DNA from: Eledone cirrhosa
Lineage: Eukaryota
Length of the DNA stretch: 64,000 nt
Assembly (NCBI GenBank): GCA_964016885.1
Contig: OZ024740.1
Coordinates: 405,976,001-406,040,000, forward strand
Reading direction: 5' to 3'
The translations under genes and the position numbers were made by a program. Positions 14,960-29,929 of this stretch are shown here, piece by piece (the stretch's first letter is position 1; each line of letters starts with the position of its first letter). The notes under the pieces were generated by a model. That model saw only the letters and a list, made by a program, of their open reading frames with translations. It searched no databases and was not told the origin of the DNA.

Positions 14960-17900
14960 TGGCCTAATAGTTATAGTGTTGGTTTCACAATTGTGCATAT
15001 GGCCTAGTAGTTATGGTGTTGGCTTCACAATTGTGTATATGGCCTAGTACTCATAGTGTTGGTTTCACAATTGTGTATATGGCCTAATAGTTGTAGTGTT
15101 GGCTTCACAATTGTGTATATGGCCTAGTAGTTATAGTGTTGGTTTCACAATTGTGTATATGGCCTAATAGTTATTGTGTTGGCTTCACAATTGTGCATAT
15201 GGCCTAGTAGTTATAGTGTTGGCTTCACAATTGTGTATATGGCCTAGTACTTATAGTGTTGGCTTCACAATTGTTTATATGGCCTAGTAGTTATAGTGTT
15301 GGCCTCACAATTACGTATATGGCCTAGTAGTTATAGTGTTGGCTTCACAAATGTGTGTATGTCCTAGTAGTTTGAGTGTTGGCTTCACAATTGTGTATAT
15401 GGCCTAGTAGTTATAATGTTGGTTTGACAATTGTGGAAATGGCCTCTGGGTTATAGTGTTGTTTTCACAATTGTGTGTATGTCCTAGTAGTTATAGTGTT
15501 GGCTTCACAAATGTGTATATGGTCTAGTAGTTATAGTGTTGGCTTCACAATTGTGTATATGGCCTAGTAGTTAGAGAGTTGGCTTCACAATTGTGTATAT
15601 GACTTAGTAGCTATAGTGTTGGCATCAATATTGTGAAAGTGGCCTAGCAGTTATAGTGTTTGTTTCACACTTGAGTATATAGCCTAGTAGATATAGTGTT
15701 GGCTTCACAATTGTGCATATGGCCTAGTAGATATAGTGTTGGCTTCACAATTCTGTATATGGCCTAATAATTATAGTGTTGGCTTCACAATTGTGTATAT
15801 GGCCTAGTAGTTATAGTGTTGGCTATATAATTGTGTATATGGCCTAGTAGTTATAGTGTTGGCCTCACAATTGTGTATATGGCCTAGTAGTTATAGTGTT
15901 GGCTTCACAAATGTGTATATGGCCTAGTGGTTATAGTGTTGGCTTCACAATTATGTATATGGCCTAGTAGTTATTGTGTTGGTTTCACAATTGTGTGTAT
16001 GTCCTAGTAGTTATAGTGTTGGCTTCGCAAATGTGTAAATGGCCAAATAGTTATAGTGTTGGTTTCACAATTGTGTATATGGCCTAGTAGTTATAGTGTT
16101 GGTTTCACAATAGTGTATATGGCCTAGTAATTATAATGTTGGCTTCACAATTGTGTATATGGCCTAGTAGTTAGAGTGTTGGCTTTACAATTGTGTATAT
16201 GGCCTAGTAGTTATAGTGTTGGTTTCAAATAGTGTATATGGCCTAATAACTATAGTGTGGGCTTCACAATTGTGTGTATGGCCTAGTAGTTATAGGCTTG
16301 GCTTCACAATTGTGTGTATGGCCTAGTAGTTATAGTGTTGACTTCAAAAATGTGTATATGGCCTAGTTGTTATAGTGTTGTCTTCACAATTGTGTATATG
16401 GCCGAGCAGTTATAATGTTGGTTTGACAATTTTGTAAATGGCCTCTGGGTTATAGTGTTGTTTTCACAATTGTGTATATGGCCTAGTAGTTATAATGTAG
16501 GTTTCACAATTGTGTATATGGCCTAGTATATATAGTGTTGGTTTCACAACTGTTTATATGGCCTAGTAATTATAATGTTGGCTTCACAATTGTGTGTATG
16601 GCCTAATAATTATAGTGTTGGCTTAACAATTGTGTATATGGCCTAGTAGTTATAGTGTTGGTTACACAATAGTGTATATGGGCTAGTAGTTATAGTGTTG
16701 GCTTCACAATTGTGTATATGGCTTAGTAGTTATAGCGTTGGCTTCACAATTGTGTATATGCCTAGTAGTTTTAGTGTTGGTTTCAAATAGTGTATATGGC
16801 CTAATAACTATAGTGTTGGCTTCACAATTGTGTATATGGCCTAGTAGTTATAGGGTTGGCTTCACAATTGTGTATATGGCCTAGTAGTTATAATGTTGGT
16901 TTGACAATTGTGTAAATGGCCTCTGGGTTATAGTGTTGTTTTCACAACTGTGTATATGGCCTAGTAGTTATAATGTTGGTTTCACAATTGTGTATATGGC
17001 CTAATAGTTATAGTGTTGGTTTCACAATTGTGCATATGGCCTAGTAGTTATGGTGTTGGCTTCACAATTGTGTATATGGCCTAGTACTCATAGTGTTGGT
17101 TTCACAATTGTGTATATGGCCTAATAGTTATAGTGTTGGCTTAACAATTGTGTATATGGCCTAGTAATTATAGTGTTGGCTTCACAATTGTGTATATGGC
17201 CTAGTAGTTATAGTGTTGGTTTCACAATTGTGTATATGGCCTAATAGTTATTGTGTTGGCTTCACAATTGTGCATATGGCCTAGTAGTTATAGTGTTGGC
17301 TTCACAATTGTGTATATGGCCTAGTACTTATAGTGTTGGCTTCACAATTGTTTATATGGCCTAGTAGTTATAGTGTTGGCCTCACAATTACGTATATGGC
17401 CTAGTAGTTATAGTGTTGGCTTCACAAATGTGTGTATGTCCTAGTAGTTTGAGTGTTGGCTTCACAATTGTGTATATGGCCTAGTAGTTATAATGTTGGT
17501 TTGACAATTGTGGAAATGGCCTCTGGGTTATAGTGTTGTTTTCACAATTGTGTGTATGTCCTAGTAGTTATAGTGTTGGCTTCACAAATGTGTATATGGT
17601 CTATTAGTTATAGTGTTGGCTTCACAATTGTGTATATGGCCTAGTAGTTAGAGTGTTGGCTTCACAATTGTGTATATGACTTAGTAGCTATAGTGTTGGC
17701 ATCAATATTGTGAAAGTGGCCTAGCAGTTATAGTGTTTGTTTCACACTTGAGTATATAGCCTAGTAGATATAGTGTTGGCTTCACAATTGTGCATATGGC
17801 CTAGTAGATATAGTGTTGGCTTCACAATTCTGTATATGGCCTAATAATTATAGTGTTGGCTTCACAATTGTGTATATGGCCTAGTAGTTATAGTGTTGGC

Positions 17901-19050
17901 TATATAATTGTGTATATGGCCTGGTAGTTATAGTGTTGGCCTCACAATTGTGTATATGGCCTAGTAGTTATAGTGTTGGCTTCACAAATGTGTATATGGC
18001 CTAGTGGTTATAGTGTTGGCTTCACAATTATGTATATGGCCTAGTAGTTATTGTGTTGGTTTCACAATTGTGTGTATGTCCTAGTAGTTATAGTGTTGGC
18101 TTCGCAAATGTGTATATGGCCAAATAGTTATAGTGTTGGTTTCACAATTGTGTATATGGCCTAGTAGTTATAGTGTTGGTTTCACAATAGTGTATATGGC
18201 CTAGTAATTATAATGTTGGCTTCACAATTGTGTATATGGCCTAGTAGTTAGATTGTTGGCTTTACAATTGTGTATATGGCCTAGTAGTTATAGTGTTGGT
18301 TTCAAATAGTGTATATGGCCTAATAACTATAGTGTTGGCTTCACAATTGTGTGTATGGCCTAGTAGTTATAGGCTTGGCTTCACAATTGTGTGTATGGCC
18401 TAGTAGTTATAGTGTTGACTTCAAAAATGTGTATATGGCCTAGTTGTTATAGTGTTGTCTTCACAATTGTGTATATGGCCGAGCAGTTATAATGTTGGTT
18501 TGACAATTTTGTAAATGGCCTCTGGGTTATAGTGTTGTTTTCACAATTGTGTATATGGCCTAGTAGTTATAATGTAGGTTTCACAATTGTGTATATGGCC
18601 TAGTATATATAGTGTTGGTTTCACAACTGTTTATATGGCCTAGTAATTATAATGTTGGCTTCACAATTGTGTGTATGGCCTAATAGTTATAGTGTTGGCT
18701 TAACAATTGTGTATATGGCCTAGTAGTTATAGTGTTGGTTACACAATAGTGTATATGGGCTAGTAGTTATAGTGTTGGCTTCACAATTGTGTATATGGCT
18801 TAGTAGTTATAGCGTTGGCTTCACAATTGTGTATATGCCTAGTAGTTTTAGTGTTGGTTTCAAATAGTGTATATGGCCTAATAACTATAGTGTTGGCTTC
18901 ACAATTGTGTATATGGCCTAGTAGTTATAGGGTTGGCTTCACAATTGTGTATATGGCCTAGTAGTTATAATGTTGGTTTGACAATTGTGTAAATGGCCTC
19001 TGGGTTATAGTGTTGTTTTCACAACTGTGTATATGGCCTAGTAGTTATAA
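14960..19050. repeat. Near-identical tandem duplication of a 2077-bp (52-unit) block in the 40-bp array
   Basis: The rare markers ATTACGTAT (C at 15314/17391), TGTGGAAATGG (15435/17512) and GTTACACAATAGTG (16664/18741) are all offset by 2077 = 52x40 minus three 1-bp deletions. Confidence 0.9.
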
Positions 19051-19249
19051 CGTTGGTTTCACAATTGTGTGTATGTCCTAGTAGTTATAGTGTTGGGTTC
19101 ACAAATGTGTATATGGTCTAGTAGTTATAGTGTTGCCTTCACAATTGTGTATATGGCCTAGTGGTTATAATGTTGGGTTCAGAATTGTGTGTGTGGCCTA
19201 GTAGTTATAGTGTTGGTTTCACAACTGTATATATGGCCTAGTAGTTAGA

Positions 19250-22200
19250 GTGTTGGCTTCACAATTGTGTATATGGCCTAGTAGTTATAATGTAGGTTTC
19301 ACAATTGTGTATATGGCCTAGTATATATAGTGTTGGTTTCACAACTGTGTATATGGCCTAGTAATTATAATGTTGGCTTCACAATTGTGTGTATGGCCTA
19401 ATAGTTATAGTGTTGGCTTAACTATTGTGTATATGGCCTAGTAGTTATAGTGTTGGTTTCACAATTGTGTATATGGCCTAGTAGATATAGTGTTGATTTC
19501 ACAATCGTGTATATGGCCTAATAGTTATAGTGTTGGCATCACAATTGTGCATATGGCCTAGTACTTATAGTTCTGGCTTCACAATTGTGTATATAGCCTA
19601 GTACTTATAGTGTTGGTTTCACAATTGTGTATATGTCCTAATAGTTATAGTGTTGGCTTCACAATTGTGCATATGGCCTAGTGGTTATAGTGTTATGTTC
19701 AGAATTGTGTGTATATCCTAGTAGTTATAGTGTTGGTTTCACAATTGTGTATAAGGCCTAGTAGTTATAATGTTGGTTTCACAATCGTGTGTATGGCCTA
19801 TTAGTTATAGTGTTGGCTTCACAATTGTGTATATGGGCTAGTAGTTAGAGTGTAGGCTTCACAATTGTGTATATGGCCTAGTAGTTAGAGTGTTGGCTTC
19901 ACAATTGTGTATATGACTTAGTGGCTATAGTGGTTGGCATCAATATTGTGAAAGGGGCCTAGCAGTTATAGTGTTTGTTTCACACTTGAGTATATAGCCT
20001 AGTAGATATAGTGTTGGCTTCACAATTCTGTATATGGCCTAATCATTATAGTGTTGGCTTCACAATTGTGTATATGGACTAGTAGTTATAGTGTTGGCTA
20101 TGTAATTGTGTATATGGCCTAGTAGTTATAGTGTTGGCCTCACAATTGTGTATATGGCCTAGTGGTTATAGTGTTGGCTTCACAATTATGTATATGGCCT
20201 AGTAGTTATAGTGTTGGTTTCACAATTGTGTATATGTCCTAGTAGTTATAGTGTTGGCTTCGCAAATGCGTATATGGCCAAATAGTTATAGTGTTGGTTT
20301 CACAATTGTGTATATGGCCTAGTAGTTATAGTGTTGGTTTCACAATAGTGTATATGGCCTAGTAGTTATAGTGTTGGTTTCACAACTGTATATATGGCCT
20401 AGTAGTTAGAGTGTTGGCTTCACAATTGTGTATATGGCCTAGTAGTTAGAGTGTTGGCTTTACAATTGTATATATGGCCTAGTAGTTATAGTGTTGGTTT
20501 CAAATAGTGTATATGGCCTAGTTGTTATAGTGTTGTCTTCACAATTGTGTATATGGCCTAGCAGTTATAATGTTGGTTTGACAATTTTGTAAATGGCCTC
20601 TGGGTTATAGTGTTGTTTTCAGAATTGTGTATATGGCCTAGTAGTTATAATGTTGGTTTCACAATTGTGTATATGGCCTAGTATATATAGTGTTGGTTTC
20701 ACAACTGTGTATATGGCCTAGTAATTATAATGTTGGCTTCACAATTGTGTGTATGGCCTAATAGTTATAGTGTTGGCTTAACAATTGTGTATATCGCCTA
20801 GTAGTTATAGTGTTGGTTTCACAATTGTGTATATGGCCTAGTAGTTATAGTGTTGATTTCACAATTGTGTATATGGCCTAGTAGTTATAGTGTTGGCTTC
20901 ACAATTGTGTATATAGCCTAGTACTTATAGTATTGGTTTCACAATTGTGTATATGGCCTAGTAGTTATAGTGTTGGCTTCACAATTGTGCATATGGCCTA
21001 GTAGTTATAGTGTTGGCTTCCCAATTGTGTATATGGCCTAGTAGTTATAGTTTTGGCTTCACAATTGTGTATATGGCCGAGTACTTATAATGTTGGTTTC
21101 ACAATTGTGTATATGGCCTAATAGTTATAGTGTTGGCTTAACAATTGTGTATATGGCCTAGTAATTATAGTGTTGGCTTCACAATTGTGTATATGGCCTA
21201 GTAGTTATAGTGTTGGTTTCACAATTGTGTATATGGCCTAATAGCTATTGTGTTGGCTTAACAATTGTGCATATGGCCTTATGGTTATAGTGTTGGCTTC
21301 ACAATTGTGTATATGGCCGAGTACTTATAGTGTTGGTTTCACAATTGTGTATATGGCCTAATAGTTAAAGTGATGGCTCAACAATTGTGTATATGGCCTA
21401 GTAGTTATAGTGTTGGCTTCACAATTGTGTATATGGCCTAGTAGTTATAGAGTTGGTTTCACAATTGTGTATATGGCCTAATAGTTATAGTGTTGGCTTC
21501 ACAATTGTGCATATGGCCAAGTAGTTATAGTGTTGGCTTCACAATTGTGTATATGGCCTAGTAGTTATAGTGTTGACTTCACAATTGTGTATATGGCCTA
21601 GTAGTTATAGTGTTGGCTTCACAATTGTGTATATGGCCTAGTAGTTATAGTGTTGACTTCACAAATGTGTATATGGCCTAGTTGTTATAGTTTTGGCTTC
21701 ACAATTGTGTATATGGCCTAGCAGTTATAATGTTGGTTTGACAATTTTGTAAATGGCCTCTGGGTTATAGTGTTGTTTTCACAATTCTGTATATGGCCTA
21801 GTAGTTTTAATGTTGGTTTCACAATTCTGTATATGGCCTACTATATATAGTGTTGGTTTTACAACTGTGTATATGGCCTAGTAATTATAATGTTGGCTTC
21901 ACAATTGTGTATATGTCCTAGTAGTTATAGTGTTGGGTTCACAAATGTGTATATGGTCTAGTAGTTATAGTGATGCCTTCACAATTGTGTATATGGCCTA
22001 GTGGTTATATTGTTGGGTTCAGAATTGTGTGTGTGGCCTTGTAGTCATAGTGTTGGCTTCACAGTTGTGTATATGGCCTAGTAGTTATAGTGTTGGTTTC
22101 ACAACTGTGTATATGGCCTAGTAGTTCGCGTGTTGGCTTTACAATTGTGTATATGGCCTAGTAGTTATAGAGTTGGTTTCAAATATTGTATATGGCCTAA

Positions 22201-25200
22201 TAACTATAGTGTTGGCTTCACAATTGTGTGTATGGCCTAGTAGTTATAGGCTTGGCTTCACAACTGTGTGTATGGCCTAGTAGTTATAGTGTTGACTTCA
22301 AAAATGTGTATATGGCCTAGTTGTTATAGTGTTGGTTTGACAATTTTGTAAATGGTCTGTGGGTTATAGTGTTGTTTTCACAATTGTGTATATGGCCTAG
22401 TAGTTATAATGTTGGTTTCACAATTGTGTATATGGCCTAGTATATATAGTGTTGGTTTGACAACTGTGTATATGGCCTAGTAATTATAATGTTGGCTTCA
22501 CAATTGTGTGTATGGCCTAATAGTTATAGTGTTGGCTTTACAATTGTGTATATGGCCTAGTAGTTATAGTGTTGGTTTCAAATAGTGTATATGGCCTAAT
22601 AACTATAGTGTTGGCTTCACAATTGTGTGTATGGCCTAGTAGTTATAGGCTTGGCTTCACAATTGTGTGTATGGCCTAGTAGTTATAGTGTTGACTTCAA
22701 AAATGTGTATATGGCCTAGTGGTTATAGTGTTGTCTTCACAATTGTGTATATGGCCTAGCAGTTATAACGTTGGTTTGAGAATTTTGTAAATGGCCTCTG
22801 GGTTATAGTGGTGTTTTCACAATTGTGTATATGGCCTAGTAGTTATAATGTAGGTTTCACAATTGTGTATATGGCCTAGTTATATATAGTGTTGGTTTCA
22901 CAACTGTGTATATGGCCTAGTAATTATAATGTTGGCTTCACAATTGTGTGTATGGCCTAATAGTTATAGTGTTGGCTTAACAATTGTGTATATGGCCTAG
23001 TAGATATAGTGTTGATTTCACAATTGTGTATATGGCCTAATAGTTATAGTGTTGGCATCACAATTGTGCATATGGCCTAGTACTTATAGTTTTGGCTTCA
23101 CAATTGTGTATATAGCCTAGTACTTATAGTGTTGGTTTCACAATTGTGTATATGGCCTAATAGTTATAGTGTTGGCTTCACAATTGTGCATATGGCCTAG
23201 TGGTTATAATGTTATGTTCAGAATTGTGTGTATATCCTAGTAGTTATAGTGTTGGTTTCACAATTGTGCATAAGGCCTAGTAGTTATAATGTTGGTTTCA
23301 CAATCGTGTGTATGGCCTATTAGTTATAGTGTTGGCTTCACAAATGTGTATATGGTCTAGTAGTTATAGTGTTGGCTTCACAATTGTGTATATGGGCTAG
23401 TAGTTAGAGTGTAGGCTTCACAATTGTGTATATGGCCTAGTAGTTAGAGTGTTGGCTTCACAATTGTGTATATGACTTAGTAGCTATAGTGTTGGCATCA
23501 ATATTGTGAAAGGGGCCTAGCAGTTATAGTGTTTGTTTCACACTTGAGTATATAGCCTAGTAGATATAGTGTTGGCTTCACAATTGTGCATATGGCCTAG
23601 TAGATATAGTGTTGGCTTCACAATTCTGTATATGGCCTAATCATTATAGTGTTGGCTTCACAATTGTGTATATGGCCTAGTAGTTATAGTGTTGGCTATA
23701 TAATTGTGTATATGGCCTAGTAGTTATAGTGTTGGCCTCACAATTGTGTATATGGCCGTGTAGTTATTTTGTTGGCTTCACAAATGTGTATATGGCCTAG
23801 TGGTTATAGTGTTGGCTTCACAATTATGTATATGGCCTAGTAGTTATAGTGTTGGTTTCACAATTGTGTATATGTCCTAGTAGTTATAGTGTTGGCTTCG
23901 CAAATGTGTATATGGCCAAATAGTTATAGTGTTGGTTTCACAATTGTGTATATGGCCTAGTAGTTATAGTGTTGGTTTCACAATAGTGTATATGGCCTAG
24001 TAGTTATAGTGTTGGTTTCACAACTGTATATATGGCCTAGTAGTTAGAGTGTTGGCTTCACAATTGTGTATATGGCCTAGTAGTTAAAGTGTTGGCTTTA
24101 CAATTGTGTATATGGCCCTGTAGTTATAGTGTTGGTTTCAAATAGTGTATATGGCCTAGTTGTTATAGTGTTGGCTTCACAATTGTGTATATGGCCTAGT
24201 AGTTAAAGTGTTGTCTTCACAATTGTGTATATGGCCTAGTAGTTATAATGTTGGTTTGACAATTTTGTAAATGGCCTCTGGGTTATAGTGTTGTTTTCAG
24301 AATTGTGTATATGGCCTAGTAGTTATAATGTTGGTTTCACAATTGTGTATATGGCCTAGTATATATAGTGTTGGTTTCACAACTGTGTATATGGCCTAGT
24401 AATTATAATGTTGGCTTCACAATTGTGTGTATGGCCTAATAGTTATAGTGTTGGCTTAACAATTGTGTATATCGCCTAGTAGTTATAGTGTTGGTTTCCA
24501 AATTGTGTATATGGCCTAGTAGTTATAGTGATGGCTTCACAATTGTGCATATGGACTAGTAGTTATAGTGTTGGCTTCACAATTGTGTATATCGCCTAGT
24601 AGTTATAGTTTTGGCTTCACAATTGTGTATATGGCCGAGTACTTATAATGTTGGTTTCACAATTGTGTATACGGCCTAATAGTTATAGTGTTGGCTTCAC
24701 AATTGTGTATATGGCCTAGTAGTTATTGTGTTGGTTTCACAATTGTGTATATGGCCTAATAGTTATTGTGTTGGCTTAACAATTGTGCATATGGCCTTAT
24801 GGTTATAGTGTTGGCTTCACAATTGTGTATATGGCCGAGTACTTATAGTGTTGGTTTCACAATTGTGTATATGGCCTAATAGTTAAAGTGATGGCTCAAC
24901 AATTGTGTATATGGCCTAGTAGTTATAGTGTTGGCTTCACAATTGTGTATATGGCCTAGTAGTTATAGTGTTGGTTTCACAATTGTGTATATGGCCTAAT
25001 AGTTATTGTGTTGGCTTCACAATCGTGCATATGGCCTAGTAGTTATAGTTTTGGCTTCATAATTGTGTATATGGCCTAGTACTTATAGTGTTGGCTTCAC
25101 AATTGTGTATATGGCCTAGTAGTTATAGAGTTGGTTTCACAATTGTGTATATGGCCTAATAGTTATAGTGTTGGCTTCACAATTGTGCATATGGCCTAGT

Positions 25201-26300
25201 AGTTATAGTGTTGGCATCACAATTGTGTATATGGCCTAGTAGTTATAGTGTTGACTTCACAATTGTGTATATGGCCTAGTAGTTATAGTGTTGGCTTCAC
25301 AATTGTGTATATGGCCTAGTAGTTATAGTGTTGACTTCACAAATGTGTATATGGCCTAGTTGTTATAGTGTTGGCTTCACAATTGTTTATATGGCCTAGC
25401 AGTTATAATGTTGGTTTGACAATTTTGTAAATGGCCTCTGGGTTATAGTGTTGTTTTCACAATTCTGTATATGGCTTAGTAGATTTAATGTTGGTTTCAC
25501 AATTCTGTATATGGCCTACTATATATAGTGTTGGTTTCACAACTGTGTATATGGCCTAGTAATTATAATGTTGGCTTCACAATTGTGTATATGTCCTAGT
25601 AGCTATAGTGTTGGGTTCACAAATGTGTATATGGTCTAGTAGTTATAGTGATGCCTTCACAATTGTGTATATGGCCTAGTGGTTATATTGTTGGGTTCAG
25701 AATTGTGTGTGTGGCCTTGTAGTCATAGTGTTGGCTTCACAGTTGTGTATATGGCCTAGTAGTTATAGTGTTGGTTTCACAACTGTGTATATGGCCTAGT
25801 ATTTAGAGTGTTGGCTTTACAATTGTGTATATGGCCTAGTAGTTATTGTGTTGGTTTCAAATAGTGTATATGGCCTAATAACTATAGTGTTGGCTTCACA
25901 ATTGTGTGTATGGCCTAGTAGTTATAGGCTTGGCTTCACAATCGTGTGTATGGCCTAGTAGTTATAGTGTTGACTTCAAAAATGTGTATATGGCCTAGTT
26001 GTTATAGTGTTGTCTTCACAATTGTGTATATGGCCTAGCAGTTATAATGTTGGTTTGACAATTTTGTAAATGGCCTCTGGGTTATAGTGTTGTTTTCACA
26101 ATTGTGTATATGGCCTAGTAGTTATAATGTTGGTTTGACAATTGTGTATATGGCCTAGTATATATAGTGTTGGTTTCACAACTGTGTATATGGCCTAGTA
26201 ATTATAATGTTGGCTTCACAATTGTGTGTATGGCCTAATAGTTATAGTGTTGGCTTAACAATTGTGTATATGGCCTAGTAGTTATAGTGTTGGTTTCACA
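19250..26300. repeat. Imperfect tandem duplication, ~3.55-3.7 kb period, in the 40-bp array
   Basis: AGGGGCCTAG is at 19953/23511 (3558) and CCTTGTAGTCATAG at 22043/25721 (3678). GGCCTTATGG, AGTTAAAGTGATGGCTCAAC and CCTACTATATATAG variants appear in the same order in both copies. Confidence 0.8.
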
Positions 26301-27519
26301 ATTGTGTATATGGCCTAGTAGTTATAGTGTTGATTTCACAATTGTGTATATGGCCTAATAGTTATAGTGTTGGCTTCACAATTGTGCATATGGCCTAGTA
26401 CTTATAGTTTTGGCTTCACAATTGTGTATATAGCCTAGTACTTATAGTGTTGGTTTCACAATTGTGTATATGGCCTAATAGTTATAGTGTTGGCTTCACA
26501 ATTGTGCATATGGCCTTATGGTTATAGTGTTGGCTTCACAATTGTGTATATGGCCGAGTACTTATAGTGTTGGCTTCACAATTGTGTATATGGCCTAGTA
26601 GTTATAGAGTTGGTTTCACAATTGTGTATTTGGCCTAATAGTTATAGTGTTGGCTTCACAATTGTGCATATGGCCTAGTAGTTATAGTGTTGGCTTCACA
26701 ATTGTGTATATGGCCTAGTAGTTATAGTGTTGACTTCACAATTGTGTATATGGCCTAGTAGTTATATTGTTGGCCTCACAATTGTGTATATGGCCTAGTT
26801 GTTATAGTGTTGGCTTCACAATTGTGTATATGGCCTAGCAGTTATAATGTTGGTTTGACAATTTTGTAAATGGCCTCTGGGTTATAGTGTTGTTTTCACA
26901 ATTGTGTATATGGCCTAGTAGTTTTAATGTTGGTTTCACAATTGTGTATATGGCCTAGTATATATAGTGTTGGTTTCACAACTGTGTATATGGCCTAGTA
27001 ATTATAATGTTGGCTTCACAATTGTGTATATGACCTAATAGTTATAGTGTTGGCTTCACAAATGTGTATATGGTCTAGTAGTTATAGTGTTGGTTTCACA
27101 ATTGTGTATATGGCCTAGTATTTATAGTGTTGGTTTCAGATCTGTTTATATGGCCTAGTAATCATAATGTTGCCTTCACAATTGTGTATATGGCCTAGCA
27201 GTTACAGTGTTGGCTTAACAATTGTGTATATGGCCTAGTTGTTATAGTGTTGGTTTCACGATTGTGTATATGGCCTAATAGTTATAGTGTTGGCTTCACA
27301 ATTGTGCATATGGACTAGTATTTATAGTGTTGGCTTCACAATTGTGTATATGGCCTAGTAGTTATAGTGTTGGTTTCACAATAGTGTATATGGCCTAGTA
27401 GTTATAGTGTTGGTTTCACAATTGTTTATATGGCCTAATAGTTATAGTGTTGGCTTCACAATTGTGCATATGGCCTAGTAGTTATAGTGTTGGCTTCACA
27501 ATTGTGTATATGGCCTAGT

Positions 27520-27950
27520 ACTTATAGTGTTGGTTTCACAATTGTGTATATGGCCTAATAGTTATAGTGTTGGCTTCACAAATGTGTATATGGCCTAGTA
27601 GTTAGAGTGTTGGCTTCACAAATGTGTATATGGCCTAGTAGTTATAATGTTGGTTTCACGATTGTGTAAATGGCCTCTGGGTTATAGTGTTGTTTTCACA
27701 ATTGTGTATATGGCCTAGTAGTTATAGTGTTGGCTTCACAATTGTGTATATGGCCTAATAGTTATAGTGTTGGTTTCACAATTGTGTATATGGCCTAATA
27801 GTTATAGTGTTGGCTTCACAAATGTGTATATGGCCTAGTAGTTAGAGTGTTGGCTTCACAAATGTGTATATGGCCTAGTAGTTATAATGTTGGTTTCACG
27901 ATTGTGTAAATGGCTTCTGGGTTATAGTGTTGTTTTCACAATTGTGTGTA
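27520..27950. repeat. 240-bp (6-unit) local tandem duplication
   Basis: TGGTTTCACGATTGTGTAAA is at 27651 and 27891, preceded by the same variant order. Confidence 0.8.
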
Positions 27951-29929
27951 TGTCCTAGTAGTTAGAGTGTTGGCTTCACAATTGTGTATATGGCCTAGTA
28001 GCTATAGTGTTGTCTTCAAAATTGTGTATATGGCCTAGTGGTTATAATGTTATGTTCAGAATTGTGTGTATATCCTAGTAGTTATAGTGTTGGCTTCACA
28101 ATTGTGTATATGGTCTAGTAGTTATAGTGTTGGCTTCACAATCGTGTATATGGCCTAATAGTTATAGTGTTGGCTTAACAATTGTGTATATCGCCTAGTA
28201 GTTATAGTGTTGGCTTCACAATTGTGTATATGGTCTAGTACTTATAGTGTTGGCTTCACAATTGTGTATATGGACTAGTAGTTATAGAGTTGGTTTCAGA
28301 ATTGTGTATATGGCCTAGTAGTTGTAGTGTTGGCTTCACAAATGTGTATATGGCCTAGTAGTTATAGAGTTGGTTTCACAATTGTGTATATGGCCTAGCA
28401 GTTATAGTGTTTCTTTCACACTTGTGTATATAGCCTAGTAGATATAGTGTTGGCTTCACAATTGTGTATATGGCCTAATATTTATAGCGTTGCCTTCACA
28501 ATTGTTTATATGGCCTAGTAGATATAGTGTTGGCTTCACAATTGTGTATATGGCCTAATAGTTATAGTGTTGGCTTCACAATTGTGTATATCGCCTAGTA
28601 GTTATAGTGTTGGCTTCACAATTGTGTATATGGTCTAGTACTTATAGTGTTGGCTTCACAATTGTGTATATGGACTAGTAGTTATAGAGTTGGTTTCACA
28701 ATTGTGTATATGGCCAAGTAGTTATAATGTTGGTTTGACAATTGTGTATATGGCCTAGTATTTATAGTGTTGGCTTCACAAATGTTTATATGGGCTAGTA
28801 GTTAGAGTGTTGGCTTCACAATTGTCTATATGGCCTAGTAGTTCGAGTGTTGGGTTTACAATTGTGTATATGGCCTAGTAGTTATAAGGTTGGCTTCACA
28901 ATTGTGTGTATGGCCTCATGGTTATATTGTTGGTTTCACAATTGTGTTTATGGTGTAGTACTTATAGCGTTGCTTTCGCAAATGTGTATATGGCCTAGTA
29001 ATTATAATGTTGACTTCACAATTGTGTATATGGTCTAATAGTTATAGTGCTGGCTTAACAATTGTGTATATGGCCTAGTAGTTATAGTGTTGGTTTCACA
29101 ATTGTGTATATGGCCTAGTAGTTATAGTGTTGGTTTCACAATTGTGTATATGGCCTAATAGTTATAGTGTTGGCTTCACAATTGTGCATATGGCCTAGTA
29201 GTTATAGTGTTGGTTTAACAATTGTGTATATGGCCTAGTACTCATAGTGTTGGTTTCACAATTGTGTATATCGCCTAATAGTTATAGTGTTGGCTTAACA
29301 ATTGTGTATATGGCCTAGTAATTATAGTGTTGGCTTCACAATTGTGTATATGGCCTAGTAGTTATAGTGTTCGTTTCACAATTGTGTATATGGCCTAATA
29401 GTTATAATGTTGGTTTCACAATTGTGTATATGGCCTTGTATATATAGTGTTGGTTTCACAACTGTGTATATGGCCTAGTAATTATAATGTTGGCTTCACA
29501 ATTGTGTGTATGTCCTAATAGTTATAGAGTTGGCTTAACAATTGTGTATATGACCTAGTAGTTATAGTGTTGGTTTCACAATTGTGTATATGGTCTAGTA
29601 TTTATAGTGTTGATTTCACAATTGTGTATATGGCCTAATAGTTATAGTGTTGGCTTCACAATTGTGCATATAGCCTGGTAATTATAGTGTTGGCTTCACA
29701 ATTGTGTATATAGCCTAGTACTTATAGTGTTGGTTTCACAATTGTGTATATGGCCTAATAGTTATAGTGTTGGCTTCACAATTGTGCATATGGCCTAGTA
29801 GTTATAGTGTTGGCTTCACAATTGTGTATATGGCCTAGTAGTTATAGTGTTGACTTCACAATTGTGTATATGGCCGAGTACTTATAGTGTTGGTTTCACA
29901 ATTGTGTATATGGCCTAATAGTTATAGTG

